64,000 nucleotides of DNA from Octopus sinensis (GCF_006345805.1 NC_043000.1:141918001-141982000); one strand, 5' to 3'. Positions 39,980-54,543 are shown, numbered from the stretch's first letter. Notes: generated by a model not told the origin, from the letters alone. Program-made: numbers and translations.

Positions 39980-40370
39980 GCGCAGGAGTGGCTGTATTGT
40001 AAGTAACTTGCTTAGCAACGACATAGTTCTGGGTTCAATCCCACTGCGTGACAATTTAGGCAAGTGTGTTCTACTATAGCCACGTGCCGATAAAAGCTTT
40101 GTGAGTGGGATTGGTCGGCGGAAACCGAAAGAAGCCCGTCCTATGTGTTTGTGTGTGTGTGTGAGTGTGTGAGTGTGTGTGAGTGTATGTATCTGTGTGT
40201 GCATTTGTCTCTCCCCGCAACATCGCTTGATAATCGATTCTGGTGTATTTATGTTCCCGTAACAAGTCCTAATAACAAGTCCCCATAACAAGTCGATTTG
40301 CTCGACTAAATGCGGTGCCGCAGTCAAATTACATGGCCGCTGACATATTGCTGAAACAAGTAGAAGAAAA
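39980..40370 (+). mobile_element. tRNA-derived SINE family A (diverged, rearranged tail)
   Basis: Head GCGCAGGAGTGGCTGTATTGTAAG. The tail motifs GCCGCAGTCAAAT and CATGGCCGC are shuffled. Confidence 0.85.
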
Positions 40371-42019
40371 GGAAGAAAGTAACCTTTACGCGCGATTTCT
40401 GCATTTATGTAATACCCTTACATATTCCTGTAATACACGCTACATTGGAAGCTGCTGTATAAAATGTCCAATGCTACACAGTATTTTCTGTAAAAGTTTC
40501 TTTTTCCTCTATTATTAAAAGTTTTTAAATACGTGTGAATTCCTAATGGCACGTAACAATAAAATTAACTTCAGGTTAAATGTGGCTTAGTGACTACAGT
40601 AACAATGACGGGACATAATGTAACGAGGAATAAAAACAGCCGCATGTTATTTTAATGACCGTAATGGTTCACGATAATTATGAGAGAAATATTAACAACA
40701 CATTTGTTTCATAAATTTAGCAATATGTATAAAAACATTATAACAAAATAGCGACGCCTATGAAAATAATGATTCCCTATAACAGTAATATGAACTTAAT
40801 ATGATTAGAAAGGCTGTAAATTTATAGAGTTAAAGAAGAATTTTATTAAGTCGGACCTATATTCTACTAACTCTTACATTTGTTAGTGAAAGATCAATGA
40901 ATATCAAAATCAATTACAGTTGGAATTCAAACTCCCATATATACATCACGTAACTGAAATCTTACAGACAGCATTGGCATAGAAGCTTCAACAATGAAAA
41001 CCAAAATTTTTGAATATAATTATATCATAAATGCTTAAAAAATGTAATTAGAGATAAAACATTATTTAACAGAAATAATATGTACAACACTAACAGCATT
41101 TGTTATTATAGTCACTAATATTTCAACTATTAGTGGAGGAAAAATGGTTATTAGTGAAAGGAAAAATAACTACGTCGATATTTAATCTTCTGAGATGCAC
41201 ACTAAACCGCAGTTATTGCTTTTTAATAAGATCAAATCTATATTATAGTGGGGAACGTGATACACTAAATGAAGCTGGCAATTTTGCTGTAGCTATAGAG
41301 GAGGTAAAATCCTGGCATAATTCTGGAAGGGAAAGCCACTCGGCAGATGGGACACAATATATTGAACATCATTACCAGCAGCAAAATGTCAATGTTTCTC
41401 TAAGTTTTTCAGCCACTTATCATTTTAAGAATTTGGCATTATCCAACGAAACTTGTCTGAACACACAAATAAAAGTCATCACTTGAAAGAACCATAAGCA
41501 TACTTAAAAGAACCATTTGAATCAAGAGTCTTTAACGCATTAAAGACTCTTGATCGGAAATAATCTCGGTATCCTGATTTTCTGCTGAAACCTAAATAAT
41601 GCCAAATATTTATAAACGACATATGGAAATCTCAAACATTGAACTGGTTTTGCATTGAATGACTCCAAATTATGAGGATAAGGACACTTAATCTTGAAAA
41701 GAATATAATATTCACTGCGGATCATAAATGCATAAACATCCAATATATATAGGAAAAGAACATAACGAAATATGTAATAATCGAATAGATAAAGCACTCC
41801 AAAAGACTAGAGCTCTTGTATATTAAGATTTATTACACTGAAAAACTCAAATGAGTACATACACGTACATATACACACAGAAACATACATACATACACAC
41901 TCACATGCACATGCAGACATATACACATACACATATGATTTCACGTATATATGTAATACATGCGTGTGTACATTCGACAATACATAAACATATGGATATT
42001 TATCTATATATAGTAAACA

Positions 42020-42158
42020 CATATGTATACATATCTACACGTTCATTTATATATGTGTATATATATATGTACATACATGCATACATACATGAATATACTT
42101 ATATATATATATATATACATACATACATACATATACGTACATACATACATACATATAT

Positions 42159-42220
<62 letters not shown>

Positions 42221-42649
42221 TGCGTATCTTAGTGCCCATGCATTATATGTGTATGTACAATTTACTATTTCATATTTTGAACTAACTGTAGAAAATTATT
42301 ATTCATAATAGGATTTTACCAAAACCGTTATCAGATATGAGGAGAATGATAAATTTTATATCTATTTGCTAAAAATTTCTAAACATGAAAGAAAAAAATA
42401 ACGCAAAAAACTGGAAGCCATTATTGTTTAACCTACGTATAAAAAATTTCTAATAAGTTTTTTAATGTATCCCCGAAAAATAAAAATAGTATGTTGCTTT
42501 CGGCGGTTTCTTAATATGTCTGGCAATTGTATAATACATCTTGATACATATATGAATATACAACCCACGCATATGCATAAATGAATACTCATTGATTGCC
42601 ATACACTTACTCATACATATGTGTATAAGTGTGTGGGTATGAGTCTATG

Positions 42650-42730
<81 letters not shown>

Positions 42731-42773
42731 CATATTTATATATATATATATATACGTATGTATATATACATAC

Positions 42774-42807
<34 letters not shown>

Positions 42808-42950
42808 GTATATATGTATGTATATATGTATGGATACATGTATGTATATATGTATGGATATATATGTATATGTATGTATATATATATATATTCGACGGAA
42901 TATATATGTATATACGTATGTATATGTATGTATATAAGCATGTATATATA

Positions 42951-42994
<44 letters not shown>

Positions 42995-43170
42995 GGTGTC
43001 TCTAACATTGAGTCAGCCATTTAAATTTTCTTTGAAAATTCTCCTCAGGAGTCGAATAAATTCTAAAGTATTTTCACCTGTTATATAAGTACTCACAAGT
43101 TTATGTATGTATGTATGTATGTATGCATGCATGTATGTATTCATGCACGTATGTATATATGCATGAAAAA
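42020..43170. repeat. (TA)n/(TACA)n/(TATG)n microsatellite cluster
   Basis: Directly visible, with a unique spacer at about 42240-42640. Confidence 0.85.
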
Positions 43171-43399
43171 CTTTAGAAATCCTGTGAATAATGGACAATC
43201 AGCACAATTTGTGGTATATCTATGTATACCTAAGCAGCTGAAAAGATGTGTGAGGATTGGGAGACGAATACAAGGTAGTGTGTCATCTAACAAACACAAG
43301 CTGTTTCATGTTTTAAATGTATTTCAATAACTTAAATAAACTTACTACATAAATCTGAAGCAATGCAAGATCAAGTACAATGTAAAGGACAGAAATGAA

Positions 43400-44520
43400 A
43401 ATAGAATAACAATTGGCGTCTTACCATATATTTCGACATTTCGGGGTTATAGCCACTTCCTGAACATTCAGGATAATGTAGACTAGAATAAATATTTGCT
43501 CAGATATGTGGGGCAGGATGGAGAGATATGCAGAGTGGTTTTGTTATAATAGCGAATTTCCTTCGTGTAACTCTTTCCGTTTTCTAAGAGATTGTCTGAG
43601 TTTTTTAATAAGAAAAGCCACGCCTCCATCATTAAAATCTGCCTGTATGGAGAGACCATGATGGGTACTTTAAATTTTTTGATCTATCAGTTCCATAGGT
43701 ATTTGTGGACTAAGTGTTTGTGTGCATGTATTACTTGATGCGAATATTCTGTTATTTGGTGGCATTTCCTAAGTTGAACTCACCATATTTGATGCAGATG
43801 ATCTCGTATACGAGGTATTCCCTCGTGCACATTTTGAAATTATTGTTGGGGCGAGCAGATAGTTAGCAGCCCAAGACGCTGTTTGTGGTATGATTTCTTG
43901 GCAGAAATTTCCTCAAGGGTACACATGTGTGCACTGTCTCTCTGTTACATCCTTCCAAGCAGATTGTAGAATGGATTGCAGCAGAGGTTCTGGCACTGAA
44001 ATATAGTACTTTTATGAAGAACATGTCAGACGCAGGAGTCCCTTCTCTTTATAAACAGTACTGATTTCAGCATTGCTTAAATGTAGTCCTTTGGCGAAAG
44101 CCGGAGTATAGTCGCTATTTATTAACAACTTGTAGAACCGCCTGTTGTTGGCTTTCTGAATTGTGTTGCTGCAACTGTCGCATTTACATGCAATTTCATT
44201 TCTTACGTGGGCGGTTTTGGCTCAGCTGCGCAGGGCTAACTCACAGTGCACAGTGCTTCTTTACTGGCATCTTTCTCATAAAATTTGGCGTGGATAGAGG
44301 CCTCTTTGTAATCCTGATTTTGAAATTGAGCAGAAAGTGTTGGGTCGTCTGATGCTTAATTTCAAATGATATGTTGCTGTCGACGTTGTTAAATCTCTGG
44401 TATACGCAGTGAACCTCTTTTGGGGAGGATGTGAGCATTAGGATATCGTCAACATATATCTAGAAAAAAGAAGCCGGGGACACAATTGTTAAGTATCGTG
44501 CACTCTAGTTGGTTCATTTA
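43400..44520 (-). mobile_element. Degenerate Penelope-like element (RT C-terminal part + GIY-YIG)
   Basis: Minus strand: IYVDDILML, FNNVDSNISFE, then LVYEIIC.K.GE...G..T..(Q)NIRIK (GIY-YIG). Confidence 0.75.
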
Positions 44521-44569
44521 CCTGATGGGCAGTAGAACTGAGAGGCTTGATTTCATTACCAGACCTGAG

Positions 44570-45200
44570 ACCTGATTGTGTTGTACAGAGGTAGGTCTCA
44601 ATCAGTAAACATCATAAGATGCGCCGTATTTTGCAGTCTGATATGTACATTCTAAAACTACAATATTTCGGCGACAGAACCACCGCTACTAGCCATCAAA
44701 CAACCCACAGAGAAGGACTTAACATACAGATGATGTCAACCTGTCTTTCCTGAGGAATTTTTACACCGAAATCATACAATAAACCGTATCATAAATTGCA
44801 AACTTTGCGATTGCCTTATCACCGATTTCAAAATGTGCTGGAGGGTCTACATAGGTTACGAGGTAATCTGCAACAAATACAATGCATTGGGAGAACCACC
44901 AACAACAGTATATTCGCATCAAGGAGCATATGCGCAATAACATTTAGTTCGTGAACACATACAGAAGTATCAGACCCAATATTTACAGTATCAAACAGGT
45001 TTTCTCAACCTTACAATCATGCAGACACTCCTTAATAAAATGATACCAGATCTAAAAAAAGAGAAAGCATCACAAGTAAGAAACTCACTATTATAACAAC
45101 ACTGGTCTGCGCATGCCACCATCCCGCCCCGCATGTCTGAGCAAAGACTTATTCCATCCCTCATTTCTACATTTGTTCATAAACCTGGAATACTGAAATT
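44570..45200 (+). mobile_element. Second Penelope-like 3' fragment, inverted relative to 43400-44100
   Basis: Encodes YIRIKEHMR. Colinear with the reverse complement of about 43440-44100 (ATTTCAAAATGTGC, CTATTATAACAA, TCTGAGCAAA..TTATTC shared), roughly 65-70% identical by eye. Confidence 0.7.
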
Positions 45201-48200
45201 TAAGGTAAAACTCCAGCTGTTGATCTCCTTTCACTTTTGTAATTTACTTTGTAGTACATTTCGCATTTTCTAAGTTTACCAAATGTAATATCACACATGC
45301 TTCACTCTATCTAATGTTCTTTCAATACAGTGTAAGAAATCGTAATGCTAATTTAACCCTAAGTCTTGATTAAACAGGCCAAAATTCTTACTGTATGTGT
45401 TTATTGAAAAATGATAGCTATGAAAATTACTTGTATATGGTAAAATTTGCATTTCGTAATACATTATTCTGATTCATTTTAGAATGAACGAAAACACTAT
45501 AAATATAGTTGTAACAGCCAAATTTAAAACCTTTTATTATGATTCCTATCTTTCAAGTAGCTATTACATAAATTATTTCGGTTCAAAGGCTATCAAAGAT
45601 ATCTATTATTTATTTCTCAAGTATTTATTTGCGATCACTTTGTTGTGAGGAAAATTTTGAAATAATATAATTATATTACTGAAGACATCAGATTTGTAAT
45701 TATATTATATCGAAAAATTTCGAAAATATAATGGAAATAATATGTAATTTAATATGGAAATGCTGCTCTAGTATAAAAATAAGCATATGGTAGCAAAATA
45801 TCGATAGGGATATCTATAGCCAGATTGCTAAATAAGTTCCCCAAAGGATCGATTATTATATTTGTTACTCAGTACATGTAAATTTTATTATGTCTATGTT
45901 ATAATAACTATTGATCACAATACTTACTTAAACAAATATGAAATCACACTCTATGCACATTAGCTCAGATGTATGAAAATTATAATTGTATTATAAAAAT
46001 AAATTTCCGTTTAAAGTTTATAGCTCCAATTATATTAGGTCTCTGTAAGAAGTCACATAATATATGTAAATTATGTGGCGAGAATCAAGACTCATATATA
46101 ATATGATATATCTTCTTTTTTCAAATTCCTCTTCATATTAATAAATATACGTAAATATATCTTTTGTGGAAAGGAAAGATAATGGTATGTCTACATTTTT
46201 TTCCGATTTATTATCAATATTTTAACTACCACCTCGATAAGAGTAAACAACATTCAGTTTTTTTAATGTATTAAAGACTAAAACGAGCAGGTTGTAATAG
46301 AGATATTGCATAGCTGCAGAAAGAGTCGAGGACAAAAATAGTAAGAATGAAAAGCGTGTAATTATAATATATCATATATATGCTTTAAAAGCAACGTAAT
46401 TAAATGTCAATATAAATGATCAAACATCTAGCTAGACAGTTTATTCATAGCATACGTATATGCTCTTTTATATGAGACATAAGCTCTTTTGCTTCTTCTA
46501 TAAGAAGTCATATATATTGCAGATAGTGCCTAACAAAATCAAATTAATTAGATCTGAATTCACTTTGTGTGTGCATTGTCATTGTACTAGAGGGTGATGG
46601 TCTGCCATCTTTGAGAGCATTTTTCGTATAAGCTAGTAGCTTATATTTTCAATGATATTTAACAATGATGGTATATTTTCCAGTGGACAAAATGCCACAG
46701 CTTTACTTTGCTTGTAAATGTGTTATTTTTAGGCAGTAAAAAATAATTTGGTTAATTGTTTCTTTCCAGCCACCATGTTATATTCAGTTAAGATTTTCTG
46801 CTTCATCGCATGCTTTCAGAGAATGCTGCTACAGAGACACTCTTTTATGTTGCATGAAAAACATTCTTCGTTCATTAGCCTCTGAGCAGTTTTCATCCGT
46901 TTTTTTTTATTATTTATTTGTCTTAGTCTACATACGCCCCGAGGTTTCTCTGTCTGTTTCCGCTTTGTTCAAATTCTTATTTTTAAATATGAACTGTGCA
47001 GAAGTTTTAAGTATCTCATTATTTAGATTTTTTAGTTAGTTCATAATTTCTGAAGTTCTTTATTTCTTTACTACCTTTGACTAAGCTGTCTTCTTTCACT
47101 ATTTTCTATTTGATCAGCTTCTCTTTTTATTTCTGTTTTGTACATATTTTATCAGTTTTTTTTTAAAGTCAAATAAATGACACTTATATAGTTTTACTGC
47201 ACTTCTTTCTTGTTCTACAGGTTTTTTTTTTAGTAGTTAGTGGACCATACATCACTGTTTATCTTGGACGAATAATGATTCAATGTTAATCTATATATGC
47301 CGCGTCTTGGAGACGATGCATTCGCCCCGGCTTTAGTTAGTTGTCCTGGAAGGGCGTCTTTGATGTCATTAATGTTCGTCTTCAAACTTTGGTAGTCAAC
47401 GCTTGAAAGAAATATGTATGCAAAAGCGAATTTCAGACGGCCGACGCTCTAAGAATGGAGCCTTGGGCATTAGACGCAAATATTATTATAGAAGGAGCAA
47501 TGAGTTAGACAAAAATATATTAATGGAGGCAATATGTAACCATACAGCCCAGAGAAGCAAAATCTAGCGTAGTATAAAGAGAAAATGCTGATAATGCAAC
47601 ATCACAAGAGTGGGCCAGATGCTAGTGATTGTCTCCCAGTAATTTTATGCCACCTAGAGAGATGTTTTCGAATAAAGAGTAGGATATTATACCAATATTC
47701 AATTTTGTACGCTCATAACTACCTGGGAAGGCAGCATTTGCTGAATATAAAGAGAAGAGACAGTGGCTACGATGCGACTATGTTAAATAATTGTTTTCTC
47801 CAGACGAGAAAATAAATGGAGAAAATATAACAACTGGAACAATATTGACGGTCCTGGTTTGCTTCTGATTAAAACCTATGTGTTGTGTGATGTTTATCAA
47901 AATAAAAATGGTGTTCCCTTACTGTGAGCTCATTTCCAGGCTATAACTGTTTGCCAGGACTGCTAATTTACTGAATCCCCGTACTTTATATTTTCTATTT
48001 AAGTGTCCTAAGTATTACTTTATTGAACCTATAATATTCTGTGTAAACGGTTTCATTCATTACTCTATTGTAGTGTGTCTAGTGTCTGGCAGAGATTTGC
48101 GTGTTCTCCTCACAGCCTTGCATAGTTTTAGAGCTCTTAATCAATTTCTCCTCTTATAGATTGCCTTGGTGAATTTCCAAAATCTGAATCTGGTATTCAG

Positions 48201-49190
48201 TTATGTACTACACCTGTTAATTGTTGGAAGCAGTTGTTTATAATACAGCATGATATCTTTATATTCAAATAATATTTACTTATATTCCTGTAACATTTGT
48301 ATCATATCCAGACTTGTTTAATATGTGTAAAGGTTTTCGAAGCAGGTAACAAAGAATAGAAGAGAAAAAGAATCGCCTTATAATATTGCTCTTACAATGT
48401 GGATAGGTTTACTTTATACACTTCGATTGTATTTCTTTTTAGTTTACAATACGCTTAAGGGCCTAAAGTAAATATTTATCATTCGTACTATCTTACACAC
48501 GACTAATATTTCAAAGATCAATATGTATTGTATACTGCTGAGAATCTTATGGTATTCAATTTGTGCCATATTCAGGCCATTCATTCATTTAGTTTCAGTT
48601 GTAATTTAGCAGATAAATTATATTCATTTTTCTAAAGAAAAAAATTGATTTTTTAAAATTCATTTCCCTAAAAATTAATTTTAAATTTTAAGGTTCCGTA
48701 ATGATTTCTGTTCGAAAAATTAATCTTTCGTTTAATCTGTACAATTCCATTTTTCAGTTAATTCATGTTCATAAAAGACAACGGGAATGGGAAAATTCTT
48801 TTCAGAATGGTATGCATCCTGATCCGTGATATGACAGATTATGTACACTTTAGATAACTGAGAACGTTATATTTACATTATTTAATTAAGTAGATTGACT
48901 CACATGTAGCCAATTTATTGATGTCGCCCTGTTATTTTCTACTTAAACACATTGCGTACATATTCTGCATCTCTGTTAAATATTTGATCAAGAATATTTT
49001 TTCCAGTTTTGATCATGTCTATTTCCGTGTTTTATCTACATTTTGGATACATGCTTTTTTTATAATTCCCCCGATTGTTTAATTACTGGCCGCATTGAAG
49101 AGACATTCTGACTTCAGTATTATATTCACCACCAACATTCTTCCACTTCTATACGTATATGCGTGTATTTATATATACATACATAAAAAC

Positions 49191-49242
49191 ATGCACACAC
49201 ACACACACACACACACATCACACACACACACGCACGCACACA

Positions 49243-49340
<98 letters not shown>
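49191..49340. repeat. (CA)n then (TA)n microsatellite
   Basis: Directly visible. The Tc1 TIR abuts the (TA)n. Confidence 0.95.
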
Positions 49341-49341
<1 letters not shown>

Positions 49342-49999
49342 CAGGGGTTGGACAAAATAATGGAAATACCTTAAACTTTCAAACAAATTAATTTTAATAC
49401 GGGGTAGAACCGCCTTCGGCAGTAGTTACAGCTTGAATTCTACGAGGTAGAAAGTTTGAATTGCTTCGAAAGGAATGTTTGCCCATTCTGCAGCTAAAAT
49501 AGCTTCCAGTTCTTGAAGTGATGATGGTGGAAGATATCGACTCGTTAGTTGTTTTTCTAAAATGCACCATGAATGTTCAGCAAAATTGAGATCTGGGGAC
49601 TGTTGTGGCCAGTGAACTTCACTAGAATTTTCTGCGTGCCATTTAGTAACAAATCTAGCTGTGCGAATTGGTGCATTATCATCCTGAAAGATTACGTTTC
49701 CCTCTGAAAACAGTTCCGCAACCATAGGATGAATTTGTTAGATAAAATGCTTAAATAGTCTTGACTGTTAATTCCGCCATGAAGGGAAACCATTGGGCTG
49801 GCGGATTTGCAAGATACAATCCACCAGATCATCACAGATCATTCACCATGTTTAACCGTTGGAAGAAGGCAGTCTGAGTCAAATACTTCCTTTGGCTGTC
49901 TCCACACGTATACTCGACCAATGGGCGGATATAGGGTAAAGAACGACTCATCCGAGAAGATAACGTTCTTCCACTCATCTAGGGACCAATTCTGTAGGT
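49342..49999 (-). mobile_element. Tc1-like transposon, 3' half with one TIR
   Basis: TA|CAGGGGTTGGACAAAATAATGGAAATACC TIR. Degenerate DDE motifs VIFSDES, FQDDNAP and WPQQSPDLN. Confidence 0.92.
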
Positions 50000-50170
50000 A
50001 AATTTAAATTAATTTTTTTTTAATATTGCTCAAACAGAATAAATAATAATAATATTTGCTGAATTTGTTTTTAAGCTTTAAAATGGCTTTTATTTTACCA
50101 TGTCTTATTGCAAACCACATTCACAAGTAGAGCGTCCACGATATACGGTAAACACCACCAAATTGTATTC

Positions 50171-50563
50171 GAAGTGGCTGTGTGGTAAGTAGCTTGCTAA
50201 CCAACCACATGGTTCCGGGTTCAGTCCCACTGCGTGGCATCATGGGCAAGTGTCTTCTGCTATAGCCCCGGGCCGACCAATGCCTTGTGAGTGGAAACTG
50301 AAAGAAGCCTGTCGTATATATGTATATATATATATGTATGTGTGAGTATGTGTTTGTGCGTCTGTGTTTGTCCCCCTAGCATTGCTTGACAACCGATCCT
50401 GGTGTGTTTACGTCCCCATCACTTAGCGGTTCGGCAAAATAGACCGATAGAATAAGTACTGGGCTTGCAAAAGAATAAGTCCCGGGGTCGAGTTGCTCGA
50501 CTAGAGGTGGTGCTCCAGCATGGCCGCAGTCAAAGGACTGAAACAAGTAAAAGAGTAAAAGAA
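50171..50563 (+). mobile_element. tRNA-derived SINE family A
   Basis: Colinear with the 10307 copy apart from a small deletion. Confidence 0.92.
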
Positions 50564-50778
50564 TATATTTAGATTTCTTTTTTTATTGTATTGTATAGAA
50601 AATAAAAATTATTTGTTTTAAGCTTAAAATAGGTTTTTATTAACTGTGTATTATAGAAAAGGCATTCATAAAGTACAGAACTGGGAATGATTATTATCGG
50701 TTTAGCCTAGAGACAAGTTAATTCGACATATGTCGCGTCTCCTGGAACCAATTAACAACGTAGCGTGAGATATACCTG

Positions 50779-50817
<39 letters not shown>

Positions 50818-51009
50818 TATATAATATATATATGTGTGTGTGTGTGGTGTGTGTGTGTGTGTGTGTGTGTGTGTTAATAATAATAAAATGACAACAAAAG
50901 AATATTATGTAAATAGAGGAATTTATATATGTATATATGTGTGCGGGTGGGGGGTGTATTATATATATATATATAGTAATAACAGAAAGGAGGAATACCG
51001 ATTACACAC

Positions 51010-51057
<48 letters not shown>

Positions 51058-51058
51058 T

Positions 51059-51101
<43 letters not shown>

Positions 51102-52009
51102 GAGAGAGAGAGAGAGAGAGAGAGTTATAGGACAACGTAGGGTGAGGTATGCTCCGGCATTTGAAACTCTGAGTTCTATCATGACAACTTACTGATTGTC
51201 CTATAATATATATATATATGCTTACACTTTTGTTTGCTCTTTCAGTTAGTTCGGAACGATAGATTTACTAAAGTCATATCGATGCTACCTGAAATTCACA
51301 GTTTGTTTTCCAAAAATTGATAACTATATTTGGCGCTGGTGATGTTTCTTATACCATAGCTGAATTCGTGGGGTTTTTTTCTCCCTATAGCTGTTTAGAC
51401 TATCATGTATCCGGAGTGACGCGTAGCAGTTCCTTAATTTACCTGTATAATTTCTTCATTTGCTGTGCATATTTGTTTTTTGAAGAATTTTCTCCGGAAT
51501 TCCTTTGTGTATTTTGCATTTGTAGCTGTTTCATCGGATAATTCTATGCTTATATATAAAAGAAACAACATTTCTTATACGCATATTCATCATATACACA
51601 GCAATCATGTTTTATCCTTCGTATTTTAGATTTTTCGTTTAGCATTATAAGCTGTCTTGTGGTTGCTTTGAGATAATAGATTGCTTACATTCAAATTCCA
51701 CATTTCCAGACTTTCACAGTCTTCTTTTCAATGATTGACTATACTCGGCGTTTGTGTTATTCCTTATAGACTGGTTGAATTCATGCAGATTTTCCCCGAA
51801 ATTGTACAGTTAAAGTCAGAAATTGTTACACACGTGACTTCTGATGCATGAACGTAACGGTCAGAACGCACTGACACAGACAGACAGACGCATACACTGA
51901 AACGCGAACACACACGCACACAGACACACACAGACACACACAGACACACACAGACACACACAGACACACACACACACACGCAGGCGGGATGTTTGCATTA
52001 TTTTTCAAA

Positions 52010-52573
52010 TATAGATGTTTTCGATCTAATTTGGATTCTTTCCCACCAAATTTGAATTCTTTGCAATCAAATTTGAATTTTTCAATTGGTGCTCAAGGCT
52101 TGAAAAAAAGAGTTAAACTACATCAACCGTAAGGGAATACATGTCTATCTTATCTAACTCGTCCAGTAGAGCCCAGCAATTGATATCTGAAAAGTTTGAT
52201 GAAATAACCCATGAACACTGCGATAGATTCTACCAAAAGATGTTCCATTACGTCGACCGGTTTCAACAAGGGGAGATAATAGAAACAGAATCATTCATTT
52301 ATTATCTCCCTTTGTTCAGACCGGTCGAAGTAATGGAGCTTCTTTTGGTAGAAGCTATCGCAGTGTTCATGAGTTATTTCATCAAACTTTTCAGATATCA
52401 ATTGCTGGGCTCTACTGGACGAGTTAGATAAGATAGACATGTATTCCCTTACGGCTGATGTAGTTTAACTCTCTTTTTCTCAAGGCTTGTGCACCAATTG
52501 AAAAATTCGAATTTGATTGCAAAGAATTCAAAGTTGGTGGCAAAGACTCCAAACTAGATCGAAAACATCTATA
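52010..52573. mobile_element. Foldback (long-TIR) element with about 272-bp arms and an 18-nt loop
   Basis: 52010-52281 is the reverse complement of 52300-52573, with about 17 differences (about 94%). Both ends read TATAGATG/CATCTATA. Confidence 0.9.
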
Positions 52574-53295
52574 AATTGCCGTTTCTGTGCTCTGTTCATT
52601 GATTTCTGAAATCATTTTGGCGTTGACTTAACTCGTATTTTACTCATTTTTTGCTTTTCCATTTGTGCCTTTTTACTGTATATTTCACTAACGACGGAGT
52701 GTTCTTCTCTGTATTCTTCTACGATTCACCTGTGTCTAAGTTCTTTATTTTTACTTGAATTTTGACATTCCTGTATATATAGGTCTGAGAGTACTTACTT
52801 CAGCTCTTAAGTAAATGTTGCTACCGCATATATTATTTCATTTAGCTGGGAAATAATGATTTTGTTCGTCGTTTTAAATAATATGTAACGGCTGGCTAGG
52901 TTTCCTTTGTTTGATTTTATAGTTGCAGCAAAGTCATCATGAATTGGGAATGACATCTGTTCGTCCCAGTAGAGATATTCTAACCCGTCTAACTAAATTG
53001 ATTGTTAACTAATTTCCACCTTCATATTTTTATATTCTCATTTTTCTGCTCATAAAATTTCTCATATAGTCTTTTTCTTTATATTTCTATATGAGTTTTT
53101 TAACATTTCGTCTTTGTTGGTTTGCAATACGGAAGCGTTCAATGTATCGGTTTTATAGTTGTGGGCTACAGGCTTTATTTTATACACGCCAGTTCTTCTA
53201 TTCGTGGTTCAAATTCTTTATGTTTTTAAGTTCTATTCAATTTGTTACTTTTGTACGTTCGTTATCAATATTTTCCTAACGTAGGCTTCTTTCAT

Positions 53296-53480
53296 AAAGG
53301 AGCGAGTTGGCAGGAACGTTAGCAATCTGAGCGAAATATTTAGTGTCATTTCATCTGTCCCTGTGTTCTGAGTTCAAATTCCGCCTAGTTCGAATTCGCT
53401 TTTTATCCTTTCGGGGTCGATAAATTAAGTACCAGTTGCGTACCGGAGTCGATCTAATCGATTGGCCCCCTCCCCTAAAA
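53296..53480 (+). mobile_element. Family C (Meta-domain-like) SINE
   Basis: GAGTTCAAATTCC and TTTATCCTTTCGGGGTCGATAAATTAAGTACCAGTTGCGTAC. The 3' part differs from the 22446 copy. Confidence 0.85.
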
Positions 53481-53640
53481 GTGATACTTTTTTTCTACTA
53501 AGGGAATTAATCTTAATAATGGGATGTTAAGATCAGATAACTGAGTCTTGTTGCTCATCAAATGCATGTATATTGTTGACATTACTTTTTGTAGTTCGAC
53601 CCATTATTAAAAATGCAATTAAAATAAATAAATAAATATA

Positions 53641-53678
<38 letters not shown>

Positions 53679-54050
53679 CATACATACATACATGCATTTC
53701 TCTCTCTTCTCCTCCCCTTTGATGCCTTTGTCCCTCTTTTTCTCTCTCTCTTTGATTCCTTTGCCCCCTTTTTTTCTCTCTCTTCTCCTCTCACGTGACC
53801 GCCGGTCAACTAGCCTTTCGGCTTCTGACCACCGCCACGACAACATCGTTTTCTTCGTCTACCACAAAGGCATTTTTTTCCAAATACGCCAGTTAAGCTA
53901 AGCTGAACTGTCTAAAGTCGTAAGACACTCTGTTTTTTGTCCTGTTATTACTATTATTGTTTTTTGTATTTATATTCGTCCGTTTTGTGTGTCGTCTCTT
54001 TGAGTTTTTGCGTTCTTGTCCCATTTTCTATTTTTTATATATATATCTTT

Positions 54051-54142
<92 letters not shown>

Positions 54143-54217
54143 TATATACATATATATATATATAATATAATATATATATATATGATGTATATATATATAT
54201 ATATATGTATATATATG

Positions 54218-54295
<78 letters not shown>

Positions 54296-54339
54296 GTATG
54301 TATGCATGTATGTATGTATGTATGTATGTATATAATAAA

Positions 54340-54543
54340 TGCGCATTTTTAAAGCTTAGCCATCCTCATGGGCCCGTTTTCCCGGTTTTTATGCTGTATG
54401 TATTCTCCAGCTGTACGGGACTGGTGCAACGTGAAATGTAGTGTTTTGCTCAAGAACACAAGGTGTCGCCCGGTCCAGGAATCGAGACCACAATCTTACG
54501 ATCATGGTGCCGACAACTTAACCCCTAAGACACGCCCCTCCAC
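54340..54543 (-). mobile_element. tRNA-derived SINE family B
   Basis: Minus strand head ...TTAGGGGTTAAG...GTCTCGATTCCTGGACCGGGCG...TTGAGCAAAACAC, similar to the 5800 head but with a different tail. Confidence 0.8.

Noticed and set aside
41133-41486. 117-aa ORF with a locally GC-richer core (GERDTLNEAGNFAVAIEE...)
   Set aside because: It has a GTG start, no recognisable domain and weak splice signals. RNA-seq would be needed.
43440-43480. Possible hammerhead relic in the Penelope terminal region (minus: CAGGAAG-TGGCTATAACCCC-GAAA)
   Set aside because: The CUGANGA core and stem II are broken. The position is suggestive, but it is not a supportable ribozyme. A covariance-model search of younger copies would decide.
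52141-52431. 96-aa ORF
   Set aside because: It runs across the loop of the foldback hairpin and is an artefact of the inverted repeat.
53790-54030. Probable repeat with a hammerhead-like spacing (CTGAACT-GTCTAAAGTC-GTAA)
   Set aside because: Both conserved boxes deviate from consensus, and there is no second copy in the window to confirm it as a repeat.
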